This document shows positions 21,449 through 30,616 of a stretch of DNA of 54,380 bases, piece by piece. The DNA lies in contig CAZASZ010000005.1 of NCBI GenBank assembly GCA_964487925.1, positions 1 through 54,380 on the forward strand. The letters run 5' to 3'. The notes under the pieces were generated by a model, which saw only the letters and a list, made by a program, of their open reading frames with translations, was not told the DNA's origin and ran no database searches. Every line of letters begins with the position of its first letter. Within the stretch, counting starts at the first letter, position 1. This DNA comes from an uncultured Gammaproteobacteria bacterium (lineage in GTDB: Bacteria; Pseudomonadota; Gammaproteobacteria; SZUA-140). The translations under genes and the position numbers were made by a program.

Positions 21449-21841
21449 TCAAATGTTGTCAAATGCGTTAGGTATCCAGTGGATCTCGAAATCGTGCTGA
21501 CCAGGGCGTAGATCCACGACGTCAAAACGTACCGGGTAGCGCTCGGCGATCGCTTTAGTCAGCATATAATGTTGCGCCGCCCGGACAAGCTTGCCTTGCT
21601 TGCGAGCGTCAACGCTTTCGGCACCGCTGCCGTAGTCCTGTCTTGCTCGGTAACGTACCTCGTAAAACACCAGGGTTGCCCCCTGGCGCATAATTAGATC
21701 GATCTCGCCCATCCGGCAACGATAGTTGCACTCGACAAGAAAGCAGCCCCGCGCCTGCAGGAAACGGCTCGCGGCCCGCTCTGCAGCCCTACCGATTTCG
21801 TTCCGAGCGAATCTAGAGGGGCCGCGCATGTCCGTGGACAA
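21449..21841 (-). CDS. yraN: YraN-family (UPF0102) predicted endonuclease
   Basis: 130 aa. GEIDLIMRQG.TLVFYEVRYR and the C-terminal RFDVV...IHWIPNAF match YraN. Overlaps the lpoA 3' end by 29 nt. Confidence 0.88.
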   Translation of the reverse strand: MSTDMRGPSRFARNEIGRAAERAASRFLQARGCFLVECNYRCRMGEIDLIMRQGATLVFYEVRYRARQDYGSGAESVDARKQGKLVRAAQHYMLTKAIAERYPVRFDVVDLRPGQHDFEIHWIPNAFDNI

Positions 21842-23705
21842 AGCGTGCCCACTGCAGCTGACGGAAGATGCGTTTACCGTCCTGCAGGGACAACACGCCA
21901 GTCTCTCCGAAATAGCGTTCGTGAGGAAAGGCGCGTAACGTTTCTATATTTTCGATCAGGTGGTAGGCATCGACACCCAAGGCGTAGATCCGGGTATAGC
22001 GGTTCGCATCCTTGGGCCAGAGCTTGTCTATGGTGCGATGGTAGCGAAGTGTAGGGGCGTCGGTTGACAGGACCCAAGGGATATCGCAAAAGGCGACGCC
22101 ATCAAGATCCCGGTTGAAACGGTCCGTATCCTGGCCGGCGAAAATAGATGAGGCGGCATAAACAGGCAGGTCGCTGGCATAGTGAAACTTCAGCTGAGGG
22201 CGAATTAGGCGCCCAACACGAGGATTGGCGACGAGATAGATGAAGTCCGCATCATGGCGTCGGCGCGGTTCCAGCTTTGCCTGTATTCCAAGGCGCCTGT
22301 TTAGCAAGGATGCCCTGCGCTCACTGTCATCAAGGTTGAGCAGCGCCGTGATCGGTTTGGAGAAATCGCTGGCCCCGGGGTCGTAGCGCTGAAACTCGAG
22401 CACCTGGCCGCCAAGCTGTTCCCACTCGCTCTGAAACGCGGTGGTCAGGCGATCACCCCAGCTACCCGTGGGCGCCAGCAACAAGGCCTCGTTATTACCG
22501 TCAAGCCAGGCCCTCTGGGCGACCTGCTTGATCTCATCCTCCGGCGCGAGGCCAAATTGGATCAGGCCTGGCGGGGTCTTGGTCGCCTCGTCCAGATAAT
22601 TGATTACGAGTGTTGTGACGGGAAATGCTGAACGGGCCGCGAGAAGTGCTTCCACAGCCTCCTTGCGGATCGGCCCGATGACAAATTCTGCGCCTTCAGT
22701 AACGGCCTGATCGTAGACAGCACCGACTGACCCGATGTCGTCGCCGATATCATAGACTCGAATGGTCGGTTGATAGGATTGATCGCCGCGATCGTAATAG
22801 GCCATGAAAAAGGCGTCTCGAAAGGCCCCCGCCCACTCCGACAGTTTCCCGCTTTGGGGCAGCAGAAGGGCGATCTGTTTAGGGCGATGGTAGATCTGAG
22901 ACAGCCGTGCATGCACCGAAGCAATGATCGCGGATGATGCCGGATGACCCGGATACAGGCGCCGCCATTGCGCCAAGTTGTCCTCGACCTCCTGGAGGGA
23001 ACCGGGTTGCCCCTTCGAGAGTCTGGCGAGCGCTAACCAACCGCTGAAATGGTCCGGTGGCGGCGCGAGCCCCTGTTCCCGAGCCGGATCTGGAGGCAGT
23101 CTCATCAGGGCCTGCCAGAGGGCCTGTTCGTTGTCGTGGCGATCTTGAATGGAGTCCTGCGCCAACTGATCCTGGCGTGCCGCGCGTTCCCTTGCAGCCT
23201 CAAAAGCTTGGCCAGTGCGTTCATAAGCCAAGGCGCGCAGCTCATGGATCTCTGCCAGGACTACGTGCGACAGCGTCTCCGGCGGGGCGCTGGGCAGGAT
23301 GCTCAAGGCGTCCTCGGGGCGCTGGGTGGCTAGGGCAAGTCGTGCTTCGAGCAATGACTTCCTGCGCATTTGGACGTCTGTTAGGGCCTCCTGGTCAAGC
23401 AATTTCAGAGTGTGGTCGGCACCTTCGATAAAGTTGCCTTTCAACGATTCACCGCTGGCCAGTAGGAGGTAGTCGGCGCGTTCAGTCGAGGCGACAAGGT
23501 CGGCGAGCCTGAGATAGTCGTGAGCCGCCGCCTGGTACTCATTTTGACTTGAGTGTTCGCGCGCCGACGTTGAGAGTATCCGGATCAGCCCCTCCGTGTC
23601 CCCACCCCGTTCGGGGGTCGTACCACATCCCCCCAACAGTAAGGCGCCGATAAGGGCCAAGATAGTCCAGTAGTGGCACTGGTTTGCCGTCAGAGGTCCG
23701 GTCAT
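21813..23705 (-). CDS. lpoA: Penicillin-binding protein activator LpoA
   Basis: 630 aa. Lipobox LLGGC, an N-terminal TPR-like domain and a C-terminal periplasmic-binding-protein-like domain. Divergent from rsmI, as in E. coli yraL|yraM. Confidence 0.85.
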   Translation of the reverse strand: MTGPLTANQCHYWTILALIGALLLGGCGTTPERGGDTEGLIRILSTSAREHSSQNEYQAAAHDYLRLADLVASTERADYLLLASGESLKGNFIEGADHTLKLLDQEALTDVQMRRKSLLEARLALATQRPEDALSILPSAPPETLSHVVLAEIHELRALAYERTGQAFEAARERAARQDQLAQDSIQDRHDNEQALWQALMRLPPDPAREQGLAPPPDHFSGWLALARLSKGQPGSLQEVEDNLAQWRRLYPGHPASSAIIASVHARLSQIYHRPKQIALLLPQSGKLSEWAGAFRDAFFMAYYDRGDQSYQPTIRVYDIGDDIGSVGAVYDQAVTEGAEFVIGPIRKEAVEALLAARSAFPVTTLVINYLDEATKTPPGLIQFGLAPEDEIKQVAQRAWLDGNNEALLLAPTGSWGDRLTTAFQSEWEQLGGQVLEFQRYDPGASDFSKPITALLNLDDSERRASLLNRRLGIQAKLEPRRRHDADFIYLVANPRVGRLIRPQLKFHYASDLPVYAASSIFAGQDTDRFNRDLDGVAFCDIPWVLSTDAPTLRYHRTIDKLWPKDANRYTRIYALGVDAYHLIENIETLRAFPHERYFGETGVLSLQDGKRIFRQLQWARFVHGHARPL

Positions 23706-23920
23706 GAATTGATCAAGAGGTTCCCTAATTAATCGGAAAGGTGGATCGTCTCTGGAAAATCGGTAATATGGCTCTGAGCGCTAATAAGGACGGTCATGTT
23801 GTGCGGGCGTGTCCTTAGGGCAAACGCATCCTCCGCTATCGGCATGACAAGGGCGAATCGCCGTTCCAGTAACCAGCCTCACAGTAAATCAGTTTGACAG
23901 TATCAGGGGGGAGTCATTGA

Positions 23921-24772
23921 GTGTCAATTGTCGCGGGTGTTTTGTATGTGGTAGCAACCCCGATCGGTAATTTAAGCGATATCTCCCCGCGGGCTCAAGA
24001 CATACTTGGGGCGGTCGATCTGATTGCCGCCGAAGATACCCGGCATTCTGTTCGTTTGCTGCGTCATTTCAGGATTCAGACGCCGTGCCAGGCCTATCAT
24101 GACTACAATGAGCAGTCGGCGAGCCGAGCCCTGATCGAACGCATGTCTCGGGGTCAAAGTATCGCCCTGATCAGCGATGCCGGTACTCCGCTGATCAGCG
24201 ATCCGGGCTATCGTCTGATCAGCGAGGCCCAGTTGTCGGGAATCAAGGTTGTCCCGGTGCCGGGGCCATGCGCCATGGTTGCGGCCTTGTCGGCTTCGGG
24301 GTTGCCTACCGACCGCTTCATCTTCGAGGGCTTTCTTCCCGCGAAAGGTCAGGCCCGCCGCCGGCGTCTGGCAGAGCTCGCCGAAGAGACTTCCACCATA
24401 GTCTTCTACGAGTCATCGCACCGTATCCTTGAAACTCTGAGTGACCTCGTGGAGGTCCTTGGCGGTGAGCGCCAGGTATGCCTTGCTCGGGAAATTACCA
24501 AACAGTTCGAGACGATCCGGACGTCGCCAGTCGCCGAGATCCTGGATTGGGTCCGTATTGACAATAACCAGACTCGCGGCGAATTTGTGCTCTGCGTACA
24601 CGGCGCGGTGGCCCAGTCGGATCCGGATTCGAGCGAGGCTCGACGCGTGTTACGCCATCTGACCGCCGAGCTGCCAGGCAGTCAGGCGGTCAAGCTGGCC
24701 GCACGAATTACCGGTCTCCCTAAAAACCGGCTCTATGCATTACTGGTTGAAGGCAATGGAGAGGCGACTTGA
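23921..24772 (+). CDS. rsmI: 16S rRNA (cytidine1402-2'-O)-methyltransferase
   Basis: 283 aa, GTG start. LYVVATPIGNLSDISPRA...AEDTR...SDAGTPLISDPG tetrapyrrole-methylase-fold motifs typical of RsmI. Confidence 0.93.
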   Translation: MSIVAGVLYVVATPIGNLSDISPRAQDILGAVDLIAAEDTRHSVRLLRHFRIQTPCQAYHDYNEQSASRALIERMSRGQSIALISDAGTPLISDPGYRLISEAQLSGIKVVPVPGPCAMVAALSASGLPTDRFIFEGFLPAKGQARRRRLAELAEETSTIVFYESSHRILETLSDLVEVLGGERQVCLAREITKQFETIRTSPVAEILDWVRIDNNQTRGEFVLCVHGAVAQSDPDSSEARRVLRHLTAELPGSQAVKLAARITGLPKNRLYALLVEGNGEAT

Positions 24773-26541
24773 AGCGGAATTGGTTCCGAGGCTATATGGA
24801 TGGGGTTGGCCTTTCGCTGGCGATGTTGGATTCTGGCCTCAAGCGATCGTTGATCGCTCTGGTCTGTGGACTGATCACGGGCATGTTGATGGTTGTATTT
24901 CGCCTCGTAATCGAGGGCTTGCAGGCCTTATTTATCCCCGGCGGGGCGCCTGAGAACTACGAGGCTCTGCCGCCTTGGGCCCGTATACTCTTACCAGTGA
25001 TCGGTGCTCTAGTGATCGCTTGGATCATGCGTAGATTATCGCCGGATTCACGGAAGACAGGCGTTGTACATGTCATGGAGCGGCTTTCCTATCATCGCGC
25101 GCATCTCCCGCCGCTCAATGCCGTCTGGCAGTTCCTCGGCGCGACGCTGGCGATTGTCAGCGGTCAATCCGTGGGTCGGGAAGGTCCCAGTATCCATCTT
25201 GGCGCGGCCTGCAGCGGCCTGGTCTCCGAATATCTGCATCTGCCCCGAAACAGCCAAAGGGTTTTGGTCTCGTGTGGCGTGGCCGCCGCAATCGCGGCAT
25301 CCTTTAATACCCCACTCGCCGGCGTGGTGTTTTCGATGGAGGTGATCATGGCCGAATATACCGTGAGCAGCTTTGTCCCGGTGATCCTGGCCGCGGTAAG
25401 TGCAACTACAGTGATGCAGATATTCTTTGGCGCGGCGCCGGCCTTTCATATCCCCGAGGTACATCTGCGTAGCTTGGCGGAGATCCCATTCATCCTTGCT
25501 GTGGGGATCATCATCGGTGTGATTGCGGTCGCCTTCATTCGTTTGATACGGCTCCTGTCCAGCGCCAGTGACGACATCCCAATGCTCCCGCGCGTCGCAC
25601 TGGCTGGGCTACTGACCGGTCTGATCGCCCTGTGGGTTCCCGATATCATGGGGGTCGGCTATGACACGGTCGATCGGATGTTTTCCGGTGATGTTGCCCT
25701 AGGCTTTCTTTGTTTTCTGGTTGCAGCCAAGGTCTTTGCCACGGGCGGGGCCATCGGTCTGGGTATCCCTGCCGGAGTGATCGGACCGACGATGATCATC
25801 GGTGCCTCCGCCGGTATGGCCATGGGTATGCTGACTCAATACGTCGGGCTTGAGACGGCATCGAGCCCCGCATTTTACGCTGTGATCGGCATGGGGGCTA
25901 TGATGGCAGCGACCTTGCAGGCCCCGCTTGCGGCACTGGCTGCGATCGTCGAGCTGACGGCCAATCCTCACATCATCATGCCGGGGATGCTTGCGATTGT
26001 CAGCGCCGTTATGATTAGCAGAGACGGATTCAGGTGTCCCTCAGTCTTTCAGATGTTGCTTGAGGTGCAAGGCCTGAGTCATAAGGCGCATCCGATGACG
26101 CGCTATCTCCAGAGTATTCCGGTCAATCGCCTCATGGAACCGGCGACAATGGTCCAATATAGCGACGTGCTCCGTGACGGTGAGGTTGAACGAACTCTGG
26201 ATCTGTCCTGGATCATTCTTGTTCGCTCCGAGCATGAATCCTTCGTGTTGGCGAGAGAGGAATTTGAGGCCTGGGTCGATGGCCCGGATGTGGGTCGGGG
26301 CGATGAGGGCCCCGTCTGTCCTGGCCAGCCATCCGAGCGCATCACGATTCAGGGGGATCTGCAGGAGGCCAGCGAACTGCTGGACCGCTCCGGTGCCGAT
26401 TTTCTCTGCGTCGTCCGGGCATCGCCGCACGGCGATCGCTATTGCGGGATTGTTCGCAGGGGTGCGATCGAGGCATACTACCGCGATCAGACGCGGGACC
26501 AAGGCGGCCCTGCTTCGTCCAGTTCATCTCCATCTAATTAA
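24769..26541 (+). CDS. ClC-family voltage-gated chloride channel / H+-Cl- antiporter with C-terminal CBS-like region
   Basis: 590 aa. Selectivity-filter motifs GREGP (SGQSVGREGPSIHLGA) and GIPAGVIGPTM, with about 10 or more TM helices. The start is uncertain: TTG 24769 overlaps the rsmI stop, and ATG 24796 is an alternative. Confidence 0.88.
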   Translation: MKRNWFRGYMDGVGLSLAMLDSGLKRSLIALVCGLITGMLMVVFRLVIEGLQALFIPGGAPENYEALPPWARILLPVIGALVIAWIMRRLSPDSRKTGVVHVMERLSYHRAHLPPLNAVWQFLGATLAIVSGQSVGREGPSIHLGAACSGLVSEYLHLPRNSQRVLVSCGVAAAIAASFNTPLAGVVFSMEVIMAEYTVSSFVPVILAAVSATTVMQIFFGAAPAFHIPEVHLRSLAEIPFILAVGIIIGVIAVAFIRLIRLLSSASDDIPMLPRVALAGLLTGLIALWVPDIMGVGYDTVDRMFSGDVALGFLCFLVAAKVFATGGAIGLGIPAGVIGPTMIIGASAGMAMGMLTQYVGLETASSPAFYAVIGMGAMMAATLQAPLAALAAIVELTANPHIIMPGMLAIVSAVMISRDGFRCPSVFQMLLEVQGLSHKAHPMTRYLQSIPVNRLMEPATMVQYSDVLRDGEVERTLDLSWIILVRSEHESFVLAREEFEAWVDGPDVGRGDEGPVCPGQPSERITIQGDLQEASELLDRSGADFLCVVRASPHGDRYCGIVRRGAIEAYYRDQTRDQGGPASSSSSPSN

Positions 26542-26558
26542 GGCGTTCTGTATCGATC

Positions 26559-26984
26559 ATGTTATGGGTCAAGGCATTTCACGTCATCGCCATGGTGACC
26601 TGGTTCGCGGGGCTATTCTACCTGCCGCGATTATTCGTTTATCACGCTATGTGCGAGGACCGGGAGGGCCGCGAACGTTTCAAAATTATGGAACGGAAGC
26701 TCTACCGTGGCATTCTGACGCCGAGTTCAATCCTGACTGTCGGCCTCGGTATCTGGATGCTTGTCGAATATGGCTGGGCGGCATACGGACATTCGGGATG
26801 GTTGCACGCCAAGCTGTTTTTGGTTGTGTTGCTGCTGGTTTATCAGCACTTTTGCGGGCGTTTCCTGCGTGACTTTCGGGAGGATCGGAATCGCCATGGG
26901 CATGTCTTTTTTCGGTGGTTCAACGAGCTACCAGTCGTATTGCTTGTCGCGATCGTGGGCCTGGTGATTATTCGGCCCTTCTAG
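26559..26984 (+). CDS. hemJ: Protoporphyrinogen IX oxidase HemJ (UPF0093 / CopD-like)
   Basis: 141 aa with four TM segments. The N-terminus MLWVKAFHVIAMVTWFAGLFYLPRLFVYH is the HemJ signature. Confidence 0.88.
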   Translation: MLWVKAFHVIAMVTWFAGLFYLPRLFVYHAMCEDREGRERFKIMERKLYRGILTPSSILTVGLGIWMLVEYGWAAYGHSGWLHAKLFLVVLLLVYQHFCGRFLRDFREDRNRHGHVFFRWFNELPVVLLVAIVGLVIIRPF

Positions 26985-27268
26985 TATTCGTATCCCTGTT
27001 TGCCACAAGGCCTTTCCGGCGTGATATTTTTCACGCGATACCGCTTGACAGCGCGCCCTTATCGCGTTCCATATGGGGTGGCTCCTGTGTTTTTATTCAC
27101 ATCGTCGAATAATTGGCGGGAAGCGCGGAGTCCTAGGGCGTAAAATTTTTGTCGCGAATGTTACAGGATTGTAACCAATTGCTTTTTATGACGAAAATAA
27201 TTCGTCTATTTTGTCACCAATCTGTAATGGACACTTATACGACGGGCTTTCAGAGGCCAAGATCGCAT

Positions 27269-27303
27269 TTGTTCCACAAAGTTATCCACAGGAGTTGTGG
27301 AAA
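27269..27303. promoter_or_regulatory. Cluster of three DnaA-box-like 9-mers in the AT-rich spacer upstream of priA
   Basis: TGTTCCACA (27269-27277, one mismatch), TTATCCACA (27281-27289, perfect consensus) and TGTGGAAAA (27295-27303, complement TTTTCCACA, which fits TTWTNCACA). A further TTATTCACA lies at 27092-27100. Confidence 0.5.
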
Positions 27304-27380
27304 AGAGGGAAAGCCGAGTTACGACAAGATGTTAAGCCATTATTCTAGACCAACAGTGATAATTTTGAACTAAGCTCACC

Positions 27381-29597
27381 GTGACTATCGCCGACCATGA
27401 CATCGTGCTGAGGGTTGCCGTCAACGTCCCGTTGCGGCGCTGTTTCGACTACCTTCCTCCGGCGGTTGGCGCGCCGATGTCGCAGCTAGTGCCGGGTATA
27501 CGCCTGCGGGTCCCATTCGGACACACGACGCGGGTGGGTGTCCTCGTCAATGTTGTGGGACAGCGTGATGCCATCGCCGGACCCTTGAAGGCCGCGCTGG
27601 AGGTCTTAGACGAAACCCCTGTTCTGGACACGGATATGTTGGATCTGCTGAACTGGGCGGGGACTTACTACCATCACCCAGTCGGAGAAGTCCTGATGAC
27701 GGCCCTTCCTGTCTTGCTCAGACAGGGAGCATCTGCCTGGGTAGCGCCAAGGATGTATGTAAGGGTTCGCCCTGACCGACTTGTATCAGACACAGGAGAT
27801 TTGGCCCGAGCGCGCCGTCAGCGTGAGCTGGTGGATTACCTGAGAGCTTATCCAGACGGTATCGCTGAGGAAGAACTCTTGCGCGCGCAGCCGGGTTGTA
27901 GGCCGTTTCTCAGCGCCCTGCGGGATAAGGGTTGGGTTGAGGCCTTTCCCGAACAACAATTTGCCCCGGCCGCCGTTCGGCCTGGCCCGGAGCTGACGCT
28001 GGCGCAGCAGATCGCAGTCGATGGCTTGGGCCGGTCGCTGTCGGGGTTCTCGGTCAGCCTGCTGAATGGCGTCACGGGAAGCGGCAAGACCGAGGTCTAT
28101 TTTCGCCTTATCGAGGCTGTCCTGGAGAAGGGGCTTCAGGCCCTGGTTTTGGTGCCTGAGATCGGGCTGACACCTCAGCTTATTGCTCGGTTTCGGATCC
28201 GCTTTGGCTGTCCATTGTGTGTCCTGCATTCCGCTCTATCGGCGCGGGAGCGACTGACCGCGTGGTGCCGTTCCCGCTCGGGAGAGGCGTCGATCGTGAT
28301 CGGGACGCGTTCGGCGGTATTTGTCCCGCTTAAGGCACCGGGCGTCCTGATCCTCGATGAGGAACACGACTCTTCATACAAACAACATTCCGGATTTTTG
28401 TATCACGCTCGCGATCTCGCCGTTATGCGTGCCCGCCGGCTAGGCATTCCCGTTGTGCTGGGCTCCGCTACTCCGTCACTTGAGACCCTGCATAACGTCT
28501 CCCGGGCCCGTTACACCGAATACAGGCTGCCTGCCCGAACCGGAGGCAGCCTGTTGCCCGCCATTGAGGTTCTCGACATGCGTCGCCAAAAGGTGGATCA
28601 CGGTTTGACTCGGCCCTTGATCGAGACCATGGCTCGTCATCTGACGGCAGGGCATCAGGCCCTGGTATTCCTCAATCGGCGCGGGTTTGCCACGAGCCTT
28701 GTGTGTCACGACTGTGGCTGGATGGCGGGTTGTAGGCACTGTGACAGCCGCCTCGTGCTGCATCAGAGGAGGCGTGAGTTGAGGTGTCACTATTGCGGAT
28801 ACCGGCAGCCTTTGATGACGCACTGCCCCGAATGTGAAAGCGCGGCATTGCGTTCGCTGGGCTTTGGCACCGAGCGCCTGGAGGGGGCATTGGTCGAGGC
28901 CTTTCCCGATATCGAGGTGATTCGGATAGACCGCGACACGACCCGTCATAAGGGGGCGCTTGATGAAGTGCTCGCAAGCGTCCGTGATGACCGGCCCCAG
29001 ATATTGCTTGGGACACAGCTACTGGCCAAGGGCCACGACTTCCCGAACGTGACCCTGGTGGCGGTGATCAACGCCGATCAGGGCCTATATGGCACGGACT
29101 TTCGAAGCAGTGAGCGCATGGGGCAGATGATCCTGCAGGTCGCCGGTAGGGCCGGCCGAGCCAAATATCGCGGTGAGGTGGTGCTGCAGAGCTATCACCC
29201 AGACCATCCCTTGCTCGTTTGTTTGCGCGGTCATGACTATACGGCCTTTGCTGAATTAATACTTGGCGAGCGCAGAGAGAGCGGTCTCCCGCCATTTAGC
29301 AGTCTTGCCCTCATGCGAGCGGACTCGCGGCAGCCGTCCCAGGCCCAGGCCTTTCTTGAGGCGACAGCCGATGCCGCGCGAGCGGCGCCGGTTTCTGGGG
29401 TCGAAGTCCTGGGACCCGTGCCCGCAACGATCGAACGACGTGTCGGGCGTTATCATGCACAGCTCTTGTTTCAGTCACTTGAGCGAGCTGATCTCCATCG
29501 CCAGCTTTATAAAATCACGCCTGTGCTGGAGGCCCTGGCAGCGCAACACCGTGTGCATTGGTCCATAGATGTAGATCCGATCGAGCTGTGCTATTGA
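27381..29597 (+). CDS. priA: Primosomal replication-restart helicase PriA (protein N')
   Basis: 738 aa, GTG start. The N-terminus VAVNVPLRRCFDYLPP parallels E. coli PriA. Walker A GVTGSGKTEVY, DEEH box, and the Cys-rich zinc insert CHDCGWMAGCRHCDSRLVLH...LRCHYCGY....CPEC. Confidence 0.96.
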   Translation: MTIADHDIVLRVAVNVPLRRCFDYLPPAVGAPMSQLVPGIRLRVPFGHTTRVGVLVNVVGQRDAIAGPLKAALEVLDETPVLDTDMLDLLNWAGTYYHHPVGEVLMTALPVLLRQGASAWVAPRMYVRVRPDRLVSDTGDLARARRQRELVDYLRAYPDGIAEEELLRAQPGCRPFLSALRDKGWVEAFPEQQFAPAAVRPGPELTLAQQIAVDGLGRSLSGFSVSLLNGVTGSGKTEVYFRLIEAVLEKGLQALVLVPEIGLTPQLIARFRIRFGCPLCVLHSALSARERLTAWCRSRSGEASIVIGTRSAVFVPLKAPGVLILDEEHDSSYKQHSGFLYHARDLAVMRARRLGIPVVLGSATPSLETLHNVSRARYTEYRLPARTGGSLLPAIEVLDMRRQKVDHGLTRPLIETMARHLTAGHQALVFLNRRGFATSLVCHDCGWMAGCRHCDSRLVLHQRRRELRCHYCGYRQPLMTHCPECESAALRSLGFGTERLEGALVEAFPDIEVIRIDRDTTRHKGALDEVLASVRDDRPQILLGTQLLAKGHDFPNVTLVAVINADQGLYGTDFRSSERMGQMILQVAGRAGRAKYRGEVVLQSYHPDHPLLVCLRGHDYTAFAELILGERRESGLPPFSSLALMRADSRQPSQAQAFLEATADAARAAPVSGVEVLGPVPATIERRVGRYHAQLLFQSLERADLHRQLYKITPVLEALAAQHRVHWSIDVDPIELCY

Positions 29598-29737
29598 TTC
29601 CACGCTGAAATAGATGTGGATTGGCTGACCGCGAGGCTTTGGGGGTCTGATGAACCGCCTTTCAAGTATCTTCCCAAGCGGTCAATATGCCACCCTTGGG
29701 ACTTTCGTATTTGGCGATTTAGCGTTAGTCTTTCCAG

Positions 29738-30610
29738 ATGAGTACGCGCAACCAAATCTTCGTTGATGAGGCCCTCGTTCTGGACCACACAGCCTATGCC
29801 GGCGACCAATATGTCCTTCGCCTGCAGACACCGCGGATCGCACAGTCGGCGTTGCCGGGGAGCTTTGTGCATATTCGTTGCGATGCGCGTCTGGCAATGC
29901 GGCGGCCGTTGTCGATCATGAGAACCTCGTCGGCTGAAGGCTGGATCGAGCTGCTCTATCGAGTTGTTGGCGAAGGGACAACTCTATTGTCTGCTGCCAA
30001 GCAGGGCATGAGCCTCAGCCTGATCGGACCCATCGGCATCCCATTTCATATCGATGACGCGTACACCCTGCCCCTCCTGATCGGGGGGGGCGTGGGGGTG
30101 CCACCTATGGTCTTTCTGGCCGATGCCATGCGTCAGAGGCATAAGCATTCCTCACCGCTGGTGCTCATGGGTTCCGAGACACCTTTTCCTTTTCGCGTTA
30201 GGCCGTCTCAGATCATGGTGCCGGGCATGCCGGCAGAGGTCATTGCGGCCATGCCGCTACTTGAGGACTGGGGTATTCCGAGCCGTTTGGCTAGCCTGCA
30301 GGGCTATGCCGGTTGCCACGAGGGTTATGTCACAGACCTTGCGCAGCTATGGCTCGATGGGCTTGAAACCGAGGCTCTGCGCCGAGTAACTGTATTCGCC
30401 TGTGGACCCGAGCCGATGTTGGCTGCGGTGGCGCGTCTGGCCCGTGACTATGATCTGCCTTGCCAGGTCTCTCTGGAAGAGTACATGGCCTGTGGCGTCG
30501 GTGGTTGCGCGGGCTGCGCGGTCCCGATCCACACCGCCGATGGCATCGCTATGAAGCGGGTCTGTGTCGATGGTCCAGTATTTGCCGCGCACGCGGTTTT
30601 CCCGGGTTAA
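29738..30610 (+). CDS. PyrK-like FAD/NAD(P)-binding oxidoreductase with C-terminal [2Fe-2S] cluster
   Basis: 290 aa. Flavin-binding RRPLSIM, nucleotide-binding LLIGGGVGVPPM, and the C-terminal cluster motif MACGVGGCAGCAV...RVCVDGPVF, as in dihydroorotate dehydrogenase B electron-transfer subunits. No pyrD partner is adjacent. Confidence 0.8.
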   Translation: MSTRNQIFVDEALVLDHTAYAGDQYVLRLQTPRIAQSALPGSFVHIRCDARLAMRRPLSIMRTSSAEGWIELLYRVVGEGTTLLSAAKQGMSLSLIGPIGIPFHIDDAYTLPLLIGGGVGVPPMVFLADAMRQRHKHSSPLVLMGSETPFPFRVRPSQIMVPGMPAEVIAAMPLLEDWGIPSRLASLQGYAGCHEGYVTDLAQLWLDGLETEALRRVTVFACGPEPMLAAVARLARDYDLPCQVSLEEYMACGVGGCAGCAVPIHTADGIAMKRVCVDGPVFAAHAVFPG

Positions 30611-30616
30611 GGTGAC

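Noticed and set aside
26174-26872. 232-aa plus-strand ORF spanning the ClC 3' end and hemJ
   Set aside because: It is out of frame with two well-supported genes and crosses their intergenic gap.
27149-27373. 74-aa ORF in the AT-rich spacer upstream of priA
   Set aside because: Its composition is AT-rich and unlike all neighbouring genes. It has no SD and no motif, and the region is better explained as regulatory DNA carrying DnaA boxes.
27000-27380. Interpretation of the DnaA-box/AT-rich region as the chromosomal origin oriC
   Set aside because: Flanking genes run in the same direction on both sides, so there is no strand-bias switch. None of dnaA, dnaN, gidA, mioC or rpmH is nearby, only one GATC is present, and no 13-mer-like repeats are seen. 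A DnaA-regulated promoter or titration site is more parsimonious, though only a genome-wide analysis can exclude an origin.
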